NCBI GenBank assembly: GCA_040390065.1
Contig: JAZJZE010000008.1
Location: forward strand, 1-41,793
DNA from: a bacterium
Lineage (GTDB): Archaea; Thermoplasmatota; E2; JACPAO01; JAHFTW01
Reading direction: 5' to 3'
Length of the DNA stretch: 41,793 bases
Shown here: positions 9,432-18,332 of the stretch, piece after piece
Numbering within the stretch: the stretch's first letter is position 1
How the letters are laid out: the number at the start of each line of letters is the position of its first letter
Translations under genes and position numbers: made by a program
The notes under the pieces: generated by a model
What the model was told of the DNA's origin: nothing
Database searches by the model: none
The model's input: the letters and a program-made list of their open reading frames with translations, nothing else

Positions 9432-10250
9432 ATGAAAGTCCGAGACGTCATGACCCAGGCCATCGTGAAGGTGGCAAAGGACAGGAACCTGAAGGATGTG
9501 CTCGCCCTCATGGAGGAGCACGACATCACGAAGATCCCCGTCGTCGAGGATGGCGACCTGGTCGGCATCGTGACGGATGGCCGCATCGCCGACAAGCTCG
9601 GCCGTGAGCACAACCGCGGCATCCAGACGACGACCCTGCATGCGTCCTCCGTCATGGAGAAGGATTTCCTCATCGCGCACCCCGACCAGGAACTGGACAC
9701 GCTGCTTGCCGACGTGGGCAAGCCCGGCGTCACCATGGTCCCCGTCGTGCAGGGACGCAAACTCGTCGGCATCATCACGAAGGCCGACCTCCTGAAACTC
9801 GTCAAGTCCGAGGCACGCCTGGATGGCATCATGAAGCGCGAACTGCGCGCCGTTTCCCCCGTGGACCGGCTCGTGCATGCACGCCGCCTCATCCTCGACC
9901 ACGACATTGGCCGGCTGCCCGTCCTGGAAGGCGGCAAGCTGCAGGGCATCATCGCGGAACACGAGATCGCCGGCGCCTTTGCCGGCTTCAAGCAGGCGGA
10001 CGCGCACGTGCAGCGCACGAACATCCGCGACCTGCAGGTGGGGCCGTACATGATCCGTCAAGTCATCACGGGGCGACCCGACATGACTGCAAAGGAGGCC
10101 GCCGCCGTCATGATGCGGGAAGGCGTCGGCGCGCTCCCCGTGCTCGCGGAGAACGGCCAGATCCAGGGCATCGTGACGCGCACGGACTTGATCCGCACGT
10201 ATTCGCCGCCGCCGGCACCCGAGCGGCGCATGCCGATCGCCCAGAGCTGA
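9432..10250 (+). CDS. Four-CBS-domain protein
   Basis: Four repeats of (I/L/V)PV(V/L)..GI(V/I)(T/A); SD-like AGGAG upstream. Confidence 0.92.
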   Translation: MKVRDVMTQAIVKVAKDRNLKDVLALMEEHDITKIPVVEDGDLVGIVTDGRIADKLGREHNRGIQTTTLHASSVMEKDFLIAHPDQELDTLLADVGKPGVTMVPVVQGRKLVGIITKADLLKLVKSEARLDGIMKRELRAVSPVDRLVHARRLILDHDIGRLPVLEGGKLQGIIAEHEIAGAFAGFKQADAHVQRTNIRDLQVGPYMIRQVITGRPDMTAKEAAAVMMREGVGALPVLAENGQIQGIVTRTDLIRTYSPPPAPERRMPIAQS

Positions 10251-10336
10251 CCCGCAGGACACGCGACGCCGCGGATCCATCGGCCAACCCAAGGTCCGAC
10301 GGGGGGGTTCGGCGGGGTGGCCGCGTGGCTGGGTGT

Positions 10337-10422
10337 GGGAGGCCTGGGACAACAGGAATCTAGTGGAGAGAAGGGGAATGAGTTCGTGTTCTCCGTTCGG
10401 TTCCGGTTCTCCCAGGCCGCCC
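10337..10422. repeat. Palindromic repeat family A, copy 2
   Basis: GGGAGGCCTGGGACAAC...GTTCTCCCAGGCCGCCC; the stem extends to 10321-10438 with G-T pairs on the + strand. Confidence 0.85.
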
Positions 10423-10457
10423 CCGCCCGGCCATGCGGTTACAACTGTCGCGCCAGG

Positions 10458-10723
10458 GCCCCCGGCGGCCCCAGCCATCGCTGCGCTCGGCTCGCCAAGC
10501 CCTCGCTCTGCGCGCTTCGCGACGCCTTCGCTCGCCCCGGCCGGGGGCGCTCCGCTTCGCCATCTTGGATTCCCTTGGGCAAGTCGCCGCCGTCGGAGGA
10601 AGACGAATCCTGCGGTGGTCGTTGACAAGCAGGATTGCTGGGACGACAGTGAACCATGGGCCGATGACACGGATTGGACCGACATCCCGCGTCGTCTCGG
10701 TTGCATCTGTTGCCTCTTTTGAC
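10458..10723 (+). repeat. Composite repeat family B, copy 1
   Basis: 10541-10723 matches the reverse complement of 17815-17998 with about 19 differences in about 184 nt (hand alignment); looser match extends to 10458. Confidence 0.9.
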
Positions 10724-10802
10724 TGGTCGGTCGCCGGCGTCGCCGCATCGGCGCCTGCCCCCGAGGCCCGCCTTCATATCATGGCCCATCCTCCCCAAGG
10801 CC

Positions 10803-11246
10803 GTGCCCGTCACGAACATCGTCTTCAAGTCCTTGGAGGCCCGGCGTTACCAGGACCTGCAGCCGAACCAGCAAGTGCGCATCGACCACAATTCCACGAT
10901 CACGTTGGTTGCCAAGGAAGCCGTCGACCGCATGCGCGTCGAGTTCGGCTACACGACGTCCTATGGGCCGCTTGGCGTCGTCAAGATCGAGGGCGTCCTG
11001 TCGTTCACCGATCCCGCCGCGGGCACCGCCGCCGACGGGTGGGCGTCGACGCGCAACTTGCCCCCGGAGATGGCGCAGCAAGTTCACTCGGCCATCATGG
11101 GCATGGCCGTCCCTGAGGCGGTCGGGCTGGCAAAGGAGATCCGCCTGCCGCCGCCCATCCCGCTGCCGCAGATCCAGTTCCAGCAACCGGCCACGGCGAC
11201 GGCCAAGCCGGTGAAGGACTCCTACGGCTCCCCTGAAATCGGATAA
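10803..11246 (+). CDS. Conserved archaeal hypothetical protein (possibly SecB-like fold)
   Basis: Host-like codon usage; alternating beta-strand pattern, then ..LAKEIRLPPPIPLP; GTG start at 10803. Confidence 0.7.
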   Translation: MPVTNIVFKSLEARRYQDLQPNQQVRIDHNSTITLVAKEAVDRMRVEFGYTTSYGPLGVVKIEGVLSFTDPAAGTAADGWASTRNLPPEMAQQVHSAIMGMAVPEAVGLAKEIRLPPPIPLPQIQFQQPATATAKPVKDSYGSPEIG

Positions 11247-11328
11247 GGCTCGGGGCCACGTCCCCCTTCAAGGGCGAAACGAAAGCGCTTAAGTGGAGCC
11301 CTCCAGGTGTGCAATCTGAAGGGAATCC

Positions 11329-12117
11329 ATGGCATCCGTCGTCGAGCGCCGCACCACCGTGACCCGCACCACCCACCAGGGCGCGGACCAGATCAAGGCC
11401 AACCTCGGCCGCGTCTCGCAAGAGATTGCCCGCGTGCGCGACCGCGCCCGCGAGGAAGCCAACAGCCTCGAGAAGATCAAGGGCATGCTGGACGTCGGCT
11501 ACCTCAACGACCTCATCGCGTCCATCGAGGAGCTCGAGGTCCGCATGCAGACGCTGCAGGACGAGGCCTTCGGCGCGGCCGGCGAAGTCGACTCCCTGCG
11601 CGGCGAACTGGCCCGCGAACAGGACCGCCTCGCCAAGTTGTGGGAGGCCTACAAGGCGCAGGAGGACGAGCTCAACAACACACGCGGCTCGGCGGAACGC
11701 GTCGCCACGCTGGAGCGCACCGTCGAGGCCCTACGCCGCGAGAACGCCCGCCTGGAGCCCTTGTCACGCTACAAGTCCGAATACGACGCCGCCGTCCGCG
11801 AGAACCAGACGATGCGCATCGAGGTCGAGAACCTCAACCGCGACCTCGTTCGCACGCACGACCAGCTCAAGCAATGGGAAGGCGAGATGGCCACCCTACG
11901 CGAAGACGCCTCCTCCAAGGGCCGCGTCGGCGAACTCGAGCACATGCTCGACGAGGAGCGCGAGCGCCTCGCCAAGCTCTACAAGGTGTACGAGGACCAA
12001 TCGACGGAACTCAAGGAGTCCACCGCGCGCCTCGACGCCTGGGAGGCCTGGGTGCAGAAGGTCCTGCCCGCCATGGATACGCTGTGCCGCCACGCCGGCA
12101 ACGCGCCCCGCGCATAG
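11329..12117 (+). CDS. Long coiled-coil protein with an internal repeat
   Basis: Heptad-rich and E/R/L-rich; CTTAAG TATA-like box and GAAGGGA SD upstream. Confidence 0.85.
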   Translation: MASVVERRTTVTRTTHQGADQIKANLGRVSQEIARVRDRAREEANSLEKIKGMLDVGYLNDLIASIEELEVRMQTLQDEAFGAAGEVDSLRGELAREQDRLAKLWEAYKAQEDELNNTRGSAERVATLERTVEALRRENARLEPLSRYKSEYDAAVRENQTMRIEVENLNRDLVRTHDQLKQWEGEMATLREDASSKGRVGELEHMLDEERERLAKLYKVYEDQSTELKESTARLDAWEAWVQKVLPAMDTLCRHAGNAPRA

Positions 12118-12163
12118 CCTCCAAGGCGCCTTGGCACGGCTCTGTCTGCCGTTTTTCTAGCCG

Positions 12164-13444
12164 ATGGGCCTCGGCACCGCCGTGAACGGCGCCCGCCCCA
12201 TCCTCGCCACTTCACTGTGGGGGCTCCTCGCGGGCGTGTTGCTCGCAGCTGCTGGGGTCTTCGCCTCTACCGCAGGCGTCTCCATGCCGCCTTGGTCGGC
12301 GGCGCACGGCTGGCTCCTCGTCGTCGGGTTCCTGATGCCGGGCTTGGCGTTCCTGCAATTCCAGCTGCTCGAACGCTACATGGGGTTGCGCCTGCACCGC
12401 GACGATGCGCGCATCTTGGCTGGCCTCTACGGCTGGGCCGCAGCGCTCATCACGATGGGGCAACTCTTTCCGGACGCGCTTCGGCCGGCCATCCCCTTCG
12501 CCGTGCTGGGCTTTGCCGGATTCCTCCTGCTTGCGGGCACGGGAATGGCGCAACTTCTCATCACGCGCCGCCTGCTGCCCGGGTCCAGCGTGGTCGACGT
12601 CGCCCGGGACCCCTTGAGCAAGGGCGACGATGCGTGCCTTGCGCAAGTTCGCTTCGCCCACTTCATGCTGCCCGCCGGCCTGCTCCTTCTCGCCCTCTCC
12701 AACGGCCCGGGGCTGACGGACTGGGTCGGCAGGCCGCGCCTCGGACTGGCGGGGACGCACGTCGTGCTGGCAGGCTATGGCCTTCTCTCGGTGTACGCCG
12801 TGTCGCACCTCGTGGTGCCCCGTCTGGCGCGCGTGCCAGCCATCGCGGCCGGCGCCATCAAAGGCGAACTTCATAGTACGCTCCTCGGCATCGTCTTGCT
12901 GGCGGCGGGATTCCTGTCCATGGGCACACCGGCCAGCACGGGTCTGCTCATCGCAGGCGGCGTCTTCCTCTTCTTCGGCGCCTTCGTCTTCATGGGCGTG
13001 CTTGGCGCCAACATCATGAAGAACAAGTCCCCGACGCAGCGCGTCACACCGGAATTCGCCTACATCCCCTGGACGTTCGCGGGGGTCTTCTGGCTCATCG
13101 CCGGCGTGCTTCTCGGCATTTTTCTCAATGCCGTCCCAGCCCTGTTTGCGGACCGGTTGCCGGCGCTGCGCTTCGCCCACATCCACGGCATCCTGTACGG
13201 CGGTTTTGCCATCCTCCTCATGGGCTACGCGACGCGCACGCTCTCCGAGCAGCCCGTACCGTTCCGACGGACGCGGTGGGCCTTCTACGCCGCCAACGTC
13301 GGCCTCATCCTGATGATTGTCGGCGAGCTCCAGGCGGGTCCGGTGTCGGCGACGTTCCGTGCTGGCGCACTCCTGGCCGCCCTTGGCGTGGCCGCTTGGT
13401 TCATCTCCCTGGGGCTCCATCGCATGGACCGAGGGATCGCTTGA
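12164..13444 (+). CDS. Polytopic membrane protein, NnrS/heme-copper-oxidase-like
   Basis: About 12 hydrophobic segments with intramembrane His: AHGWL..GF, GTHVVL.GY, AHIHGIL.GG. Confidence 0.55.
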   Translation: MGLGTAVNGARPILATSLWGLLAGVLLAAAGVFASTAGVSMPPWSAAHGWLLVVGFLMPGLAFLQFQLLERYMGLRLHRDDARILAGLYGWAAALITMGQLFPDALRPAIPFAVLGFAGFLLLAGTGMAQLLITRRLLPGSSVVDVARDPLSKGDDACLAQVRFAHFMLPAGLLLLALSNGPGLTDWVGRPRLGLAGTHVVLAGYGLLSVYAVSHLVVPRLARVPAIAAGAIKGELHSTLLGIVLLAAGFLSMGTPASTGLLIAGGVFLFFGAFVFMGVLGANIMKNKSPTQRVTPEFAYIPWTFAGVFWLIAGVLLGIFLNAVPALFADRLPALRFAHIHGILYGGFAILLMGYATRTLSEQPVPFRRTRWAFYAANVGLILMIVGELQAGPVSATFRAGALLAALGVAAWFISLGLHRMDRGIA

Positions 13445-13470
13445 CCCGACCGTCCGATGCCGCCCGGGCG

Positions 13471-14004
13471 ATGCAGCGTCCACCCAGCAGCCAACTTGGC
13501 GCCTGGAGCCGGGTTGCGACTCCGTTCGGCGTGTTCCACGTGGCCGCCGTCGACGGCGCCATCGTGCAGACGGCGCTGCCGCAGACGCCCACGGCTCGCT
13601 TCCTCGAGGACCTGCAGCTACGCTTCCCGTCGACCCTGTTCCAGGAGGATCCGAGCGACCCCTTGTTGCAGGACGCGAGTCGGGAATTGAGCGAATACGC
13701 GGGCGGCAAGCGCCGCGACTTCGACTTGCCGCTGCGCTTCGAAGGCACGGAGTTCCAGAACCGCGTCTGGCATGCGTTGGCGGAGATTCCCTTCGGGCAG
13801 ACCCGCAGCTACCAGGACATCGCCCGCGCCGTGGGCCGGCCAGGGGCAAGCCGCGCCGTCGGCCAGGCCAACCACGACAACCCCTTGGCCCCGATCGTGC
13901 CGTGCCACCGCGTCGTGACATCGGCCGGGCAACTGGGAGGCTATGGCGGCGGCATGACGCTCAAGAAGAGCCTCCTCGAGCACGAAGGCGTGCAGTTGGG
14001 CTAA
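13471..14004 (+). CDS. ogt: Methylated-DNA--protein-cysteine methyltransferase
   Basis: GTEFQ..VW, IPFGQTRSY, RAVGQA, active site PCHRV. Confidence 0.95.
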   Translation: MQRPPSSQLGAWSRVATPFGVFHVAAVDGAIVQTALPQTPTARFLEDLQLRFPSTLFQEDPSDPLLQDASRELSEYAGGKRRDFDLPLRFEGTEFQNRVWHALAEIPFGQTRSYQDIARAVGRPGASRAVGQANHDNPLAPIVPCHRVVTSAGQLGGYGGGMTLKKSLLEHEGVQLG

Positions 14005-14912
14005 CCGGGAAGGGATGCGACCGGTTCGACGCCCGCCAACAGGCCGACGAAGCCGTCGACGAACCCGGCTCCCGTGCGGGTCAAGTGTAGATCGTAGTCG
14101 CCCGGCCCATGCGTCGCCTGCGCCGCGGCCAGCGAGGGGAACGAGAACACGTCCGTGCCGTCAGGCCCGGCAAGCCGCAGCAGCCCCGCGCCTTCACCGG
14201 AGTCGGCGAACAGCATGACATTGGAGTTCGCGAAGCGCACGGACAGTCCGTCCTCCGCTGCCAGGCTCACGGAGATCGGGTCGGACAGCGATACGGCAAC
14301 GCCGCCTGCCAGCGACGTCTGGTCGAACAAGTGGACGTCGTGTCCAACCCCAAGGCGGTCCACCACGATGGGCTGCCCGCACGTGACATCGAGGTGCATG
14401 CCTCCCATGCGTGTGCCGTTGACCTGGTGCGGCACGGCTGCGAGGGCCGCGATGGTCACGACGACATCGCTGCCGACGCTTGGCGCCGTGAAGGAGAGGT
14501 CGAGGAGGGAGACGCCATCGGCGTTGCTGGACGTCGCGCGGCTGTCGACGATTCCGACGGCGTGCCAAGTCGCAGGCGCATGCGTGGAGGACCAGGCGAC
14601 CACGCGCGGCGCTGGGCCAGCAATGCTGGACGGGGCGAATTGCACGGCGACGAATTGGTAGGGACCGGATGCGTTGGGGGAACGCGACGCCAGCGTGGTG
14701 TGGAAGGTGCAGGTCGACGCACTGGCCAGGTGGAGGTGCATGAGAGCGGCGGCGTCGGCGGTCATGTCGCCCGAGTCCCACGTGACGGTACTGGCGGCAA
14801 GCCCAAGGGCGCCCGGGTCGGACAAGAGGAGGGCGTCGGCGTGGGTCGGCGGAGCCGGGGCCCCCGAACAGCCGGACAGGCTGACAAGAATCACGAGCAG
14901 GAGGGGACGCAC
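14001..14912 (-). CDS. Putative lipoprotein (secreted, beta-rich)
   Basis: MRPLLLVILVSLSGC lipobox-like signal; start at GTG 14912 or 14924. Confidence 0.7.
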   Translation of the reverse strand: MRPLLLVILVSLSGCSGAPAPPTHADALLLSDPGALGLAASTVTWDSGDMTADAAALMHLHLASASTCTFHTTLASRSPNASGPYQFVAVQFAPSSIAGPAPRVVAWSSTHAPATWHAVGIVDSRATSSNADGVSLLDLSFTAPSVGSDVVVTIAALAAVPHQVNGTRMGGMHLDVTCGQPIVVDRLGVGHDVHLFDQTSLAGGVAVSLSDPISVSLAAEDGLSVRFANSNVMLFADSGEGAGLLRLAGPDGTDVFSFPSLAAAQATHGPGDYDLHLTRTGAGFVDGFVGLLAGVEPVASLPG

Positions 14913-15028
14913 CGACGCGACCACGGGACGACGAGGGTGGCCCCTTACAAGCCCTGTTGTTGGGGTTGCCCAGAAGTGCGCATGTTCGGCGCCCGTGCCT
15001 CCCCGATGTTCCCGCCCCCACCAATCCC

Positions 15029-15035
15029 CTATAAG
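15029..15035 (+). promoter_or_regulatory. TATA box for purF
   Basis: CCAATCCC-CTATAAG lies about 22 nt upstream of GTG 15057. Confidence 0.5.
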
Positions 15036-15056
15036 TCCCGGCGTCGTCCCGCATCC

Positions 15057-16577
15057 GTGGGAATCCCCGCAGGCCCGACCCCCCGGTTCCAGACCCTGCC
15101 GGTTGCGCCGGCGTCCCGCCTCGCCGTCGACCCCGACCCCTTGGACAAGTTGCACGACCACTGCGGCGTCGTCGGGATGGCCGCGGACCAGGATGTCGCC
15201 TCTTGGCTCTACTACGCCATGCAATCCCTGCAGCACCGCGGACAGGAATCCTGCGGCATGACGACCTTGGACGGCCTCTTCGAACTGCGCACGCACAAGG
15301 CGATGGGGCTCGTCGACCAGGTCTTCGACCCGAACGTCGTGAAGAAGTTGCGCGGCCACATCGGCATCGGTCACACGCGCTACTCCACGTCTGCTGGCAG
15401 CACGGAGGAGAATGCACAGCCGCAAGTCGTCATGTCCGGCCAAGGCGGCATCGCCATCGCCCACAATGGCAACATCCCCAACACGGACGACCTCATGGCC
15501 GAACTCAAGGCCAAGGGTTGGGCCTTCTACTCCGGCAACGACACCGAAGTGGTCGTGCGCCTGCTTGCCAACAAACTCGTGAAGCACGAAGGCAACCACG
15601 TCGGCGCCATCCAGGAAACCATGGGGCGGCTGCAGGGGGCTTACTCGTTTGCCATCCTCATCGGTCAGGAACTCTACGGTGTGCGCGACCCCTATGGAAT
15701 CAAGCCGCTGTGCATCGGCAAGTTGCCCAACGACCACGGCTACATGATTGCCTCCGAATCCGTCGCCCTCGACGTCGTCGGCGCCACCTTCGTGCGCGAC
15801 GTCAAGCCAGGCGAAGTGATCCGCGTGCGCAAGGGGCAAGTCGACAAGGTCGCCCACATGCCGGCCGCAAAGCCCGCCCGCTGCTTCTTCGAGTACGTCT
15901 ACTTCGCCCGCCCCGACGCATGGATGGACGGCCGGCTCAACCAAGAGGTCCGGCAACGCATCGGCAACGTGCTCGCGAAAGAGTCCCCGGTGCAGGCCGA
16001 CCTCGTCGTGCCAGTCCCCGACTCCGGCCGTAGCCACGCGCAAGGCTTCGCCGAGACCTCCGGCATCACGTACGCCGAGGCCCTCATGAAGAACCGCTAC
16101 GTTCACCGCACCTTCATCATGCCGACGCAGGAGAGCCGCGACCTCAACGTCCGCCTCAAACTCAACCCCATGCGCCACCTCATCGAAGGCAAGCGCATCG
16201 TCCTCATTGACGACTCCATCGTCCGCGGCACGACCATGAAGCGCATCGTCGACCGCGTGCGCGAAGCCGGCGCCAAGGAAGTCCACGTCCGCATCGGCTG
16301 CCCACCCATCGTGGCACCCTGCTACCTCGGCATCGACATGAACACGCGGGACCAACTCGTTGCCGCCACGAAGACGACGGCGGACATCCAGAAGATGATC
16401 GGCGCCGACTCGCTCGCCTACATCAGCAAGGACGGTCTCTACGACGCCTTGCAGTTCCCGGAATCCGAGTTGTGCACGGGCTGCATCTCGGGCCGATACC
16501 CGGTGCCAGTCCCCGGCGAGCACCTGCGCGACGGGACGGCCGTGCCGGGAACGCCGCCGCCGGCGACCTGCTGCTAA
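15057..16577 (+). CDS. purF: Amidophosphoribosyltransferase (propeptide and 4Fe-4S type)
   Basis: HDH/CGVVG Ntn cysteine, LQHRGQES, GHTRYST, VLIDDSIVRGTT, Fe-S cysteines; start GTG 15057 or TTG 15141. Confidence 0.96.
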   Translation: MGIPAGPTPRFQTLPVAPASRLAVDPDPLDKLHDHCGVVGMAADQDVASWLYYAMQSLQHRGQESCGMTTLDGLFELRTHKAMGLVDQVFDPNVVKKLRGHIGIGHTRYSTSAGSTEENAQPQVVMSGQGGIAIAHNGNIPNTDDLMAELKAKGWAFYSGNDTEVVVRLLANKLVKHEGNHVGAIQETMGRLQGAYSFAILIGQELYGVRDPYGIKPLCIGKLPNDHGYMIASESVALDVVGATFVRDVKPGEVIRVRKGQVDKVAHMPAAKPARCFFEYVYFARPDAWMDGRLNQEVRQRIGNVLAKESPVQADLVVPVPDSGRSHAQGFAETSGITYAEALMKNRYVHRTFIMPTQESRDLNVRLKLNPMRHLIEGKRIVLIDDSIVRGTTMKRIVDRVREAGAKEVHVRIGCPPIVAPCYLGIDMNTRDQLVAATKTTADIQKMIGADSLAYISKDGLYDALQFPESELCTGCISGRYPVPVPGEHLRDGTAVPGTPPPATCC

Positions 16578-16852
16578 ACGGCGAAACGGCGCTCGCGTCG
16601 CTCGGCCGTTTCGCCGCGGTCTGGCAACCGCCCACGCTGGGGCCCTCCGGGCCCCAGACCCCTCGGAGGAGACGGGGGCCGGTCGGCGTCGGGCGCCTCA
16701 TCGGCGCCCGGCCTCCTCCGCATCCACCGCGCCATCGCTGCGCTCGGCGCCGGCGTCGCGGGGCTCGCTGCGCTCGCCTCCGGCCCCCGAGGCCGCATGG
16801 TTGGGCGCGCGGGCCGTTCACGGGTTGTCGTGGGTTCCCCGTTTCGGCCGCG

Positions 16853-16985
16853 GCCCCCGGCGGCCCGGCGCCGTCGCTGCGCATCCGGCGCCTGCCACGC
16901 CCTCGCGCGGCGGCTTCGCTTCGCCGGCGCTCGCCCCGACCGGGGGCTGTCAGGCCATCGGTTGCATCTGTTGCATCGGTTGACC
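16853..16985 (+). repeat. Family B, internally deleted or rearranged copy
   Basis: GCCCCCGGCGGCCC...CTCGCCCCGACCGGGGGC followed almost immediately by ATCGGTTGCATCTGTTGCATCGGTTGACC; a displaced fragment GCCGCCGTCGGAGGATGAC lies at 17034-17052. Confidence 0.75.
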
Positions 16986-17156
16986 CGGCGTGGGCGTCGC
17001 CGCGGCGTCTTGTTCGAGTTGCTCCTGCAAGGGGCCGCCGTCGGAGGATGACCCATAGCCCCGTTGCCTGAGCCGCAGGTTTCCCGGTTTTCACGGGACC
17101 GCGATTTTCCGCGTCGAACCCCTCCCTTTATCCCGAGAACGCCCCTGGCGAAAGCC

Positions 17157-17777
17157 ATGGAATCGGATTACCTCTCGCTCCTCAAGAAGGCCCGCGCCAA
17201 CTTGCCGCAGAACGTCGGCAACAAGGACCGCTGGGCCCTGCCCAAGCCGGAAATCATCCCGGAAGGCCGCATGACGCTCCTGCGCAACTTCAAGGAGATG
17301 CTCGTCTCGACGCGGCGCGAGCAGGACCACCTCGCCAAATTCCTCCTCTCCCAGATCGGCACGGCCGGCTCCGTCGACGGCGACCGCCTCGTCTTCACCG
17401 GAAAGGTCTCCAACGCCAAGATCCAGGCCGCCCTCGACGACTACGTGGAGACGTACGTGCGCTGCAGCGAATGCGGCGCCCCCGACACGCACATGGAGAA
17501 GGACTCGCGCGTGCAGATCCTGCGCTGCGAAGCCTGCGGCGCCCACACGCCCATCAAGGCCCGCAAGGCGCGCAGGCCCGAAGCCGCAGTCAAGGAAGGC
17601 GGCGTCTACGAAGTCCGCCTCACCCAGCCCGGCCAACGCGGCGAAGGCAAAGGCGCTTACGAGGGCTTCTTCTTCATCGTCCCCGGCGGCCAAGTCGGCC
17701 AGACCGTGTGGGCCAAAGTCAACAAGTTGAGCGGCAAGATGGCGTTCTGCGAACTCACGAACAAGCCGAAGGAATAG
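17157..17777 (+). CDS. eif2b: Translation initiation factor aIF2 beta with C-terminal TRAM domain
   Basis: Y..LL.KA..LP, C-SE-C.APDT, CEACGA, TRAM-like tail; TTTATC at 17127. Confidence 0.93.
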   Translation: MESDYLSLLKKARANLPQNVGNKDRWALPKPEIIPEGRMTLLRNFKEMLVSTRREQDHLAKFLLSQIGTAGSVDGDRLVFTGKVSNAKIQAALDDYVETYVRCSECGAPDTHMEKDSRVQILRCEACGAHTPIKARKARRPEAAVKEGGVYEVRLTQPGQRGEGKGAYEGFFFIVPGGQVGQTVWAKVNKLSGKMAFCELTNKPKE

Positions 17778-17814
17778 TTCGGTCGTTCGGGTTGGCTGGT
17801 TTCGGCGACGACGG

Positions 17815-18087
17815 GTCAACAGATGCAACAGATGCAACCGATACGACGCGGAAGATCGGTCCAATCCGTTTCATCGGCCCATGGTTGACCGTCGTTCCAG
17901 CAATCCTGCTTGTCAACGACGGCTGAGGGATTCGTCTTCCTCCGACGGCGGCGACTTCCACGAGGGAATCCAAGATGGCGAAGCGGAGCGCCCCCCGGTC
18001 GGGGCCGCGATGGCACGCGAAGCGATGCCGAGCGGGTCTGGCAAGCCGAGGGCCGCGAAGCGCGCGATGGCGAGGGCCGCCGGGGGC
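17815..18087 (-). repeat. Composite repeat family B, copy 2 (inverted)
   Basis: Reverse complement of 10458-10723. Confidence 0.9.
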
Positions 18088-18116
18088 ACAACAGAACAAG
18101 CGCATGACCGCGCAAT

Positions 18117-18222
18117 GGCGGCCTTTGGATTTCGGGGATGCAACGGCGATGCTTGGGATTTGGCGGTTAAGCCCGGAAAGTCCCCGCAATCGCAACGCAA
18201 TCCCCGCAATCCCAGGCCGCCC
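18117..18222. repeat. Palindrome with family-A ends and GGATTGCGG-type 9-mer arms
   Basis: GGCGGCC...GGCCGCCC clamp; right arm repeats CGCAATC three times at 9-nt spacing; left arm is a degenerate complement. Confidence 0.7.
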
Positions 18223-18240
18223 ACACGGGACGGACAAGCG

Positions 18241-18303
18241 AACCAGGAACTCACTGCCTTCACTGAACGCGTCGTCTCAGTGGGTTCAGTGATCTCAGTG
18301 GTT
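18241..18303. repeat. Palindrome with 9-nt-periodic TCAGTG arms
   Basis: AACCAGGAACTCACTGCCTTCACTGA-acgcgtcgtc-TCAGTGGGTTCAGTGATCTCAGTGGTT. Confidence 0.75.
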
Positions 18304-18332
18304 CGTACCGGCGGTGACGCGCGGGCCAGCCC

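Noticed and set aside
14001-16523. 840-aa minus-strand ORF and many other long overlapping ORFs (e.g. 804-2447, 22523-24574, 38330-40396)
   Set aside because: Antisense or off-frame shadows of real genes in high-GC DNA; only 14001-14912 of this ORF looks coding.
17157-17777. aIF2-beta fused to a TRAM domain as a novelty
   Set aside because: Known architecture in Thermoplasmatales and several other euryarchaea.
18085-18200. GGAAAGTCC and ACAGAA resembling RNase P RNA motifs
   Set aside because: They are in the wrong order and too close together, and the GGAAAGTCC belongs to a palindrome arm.
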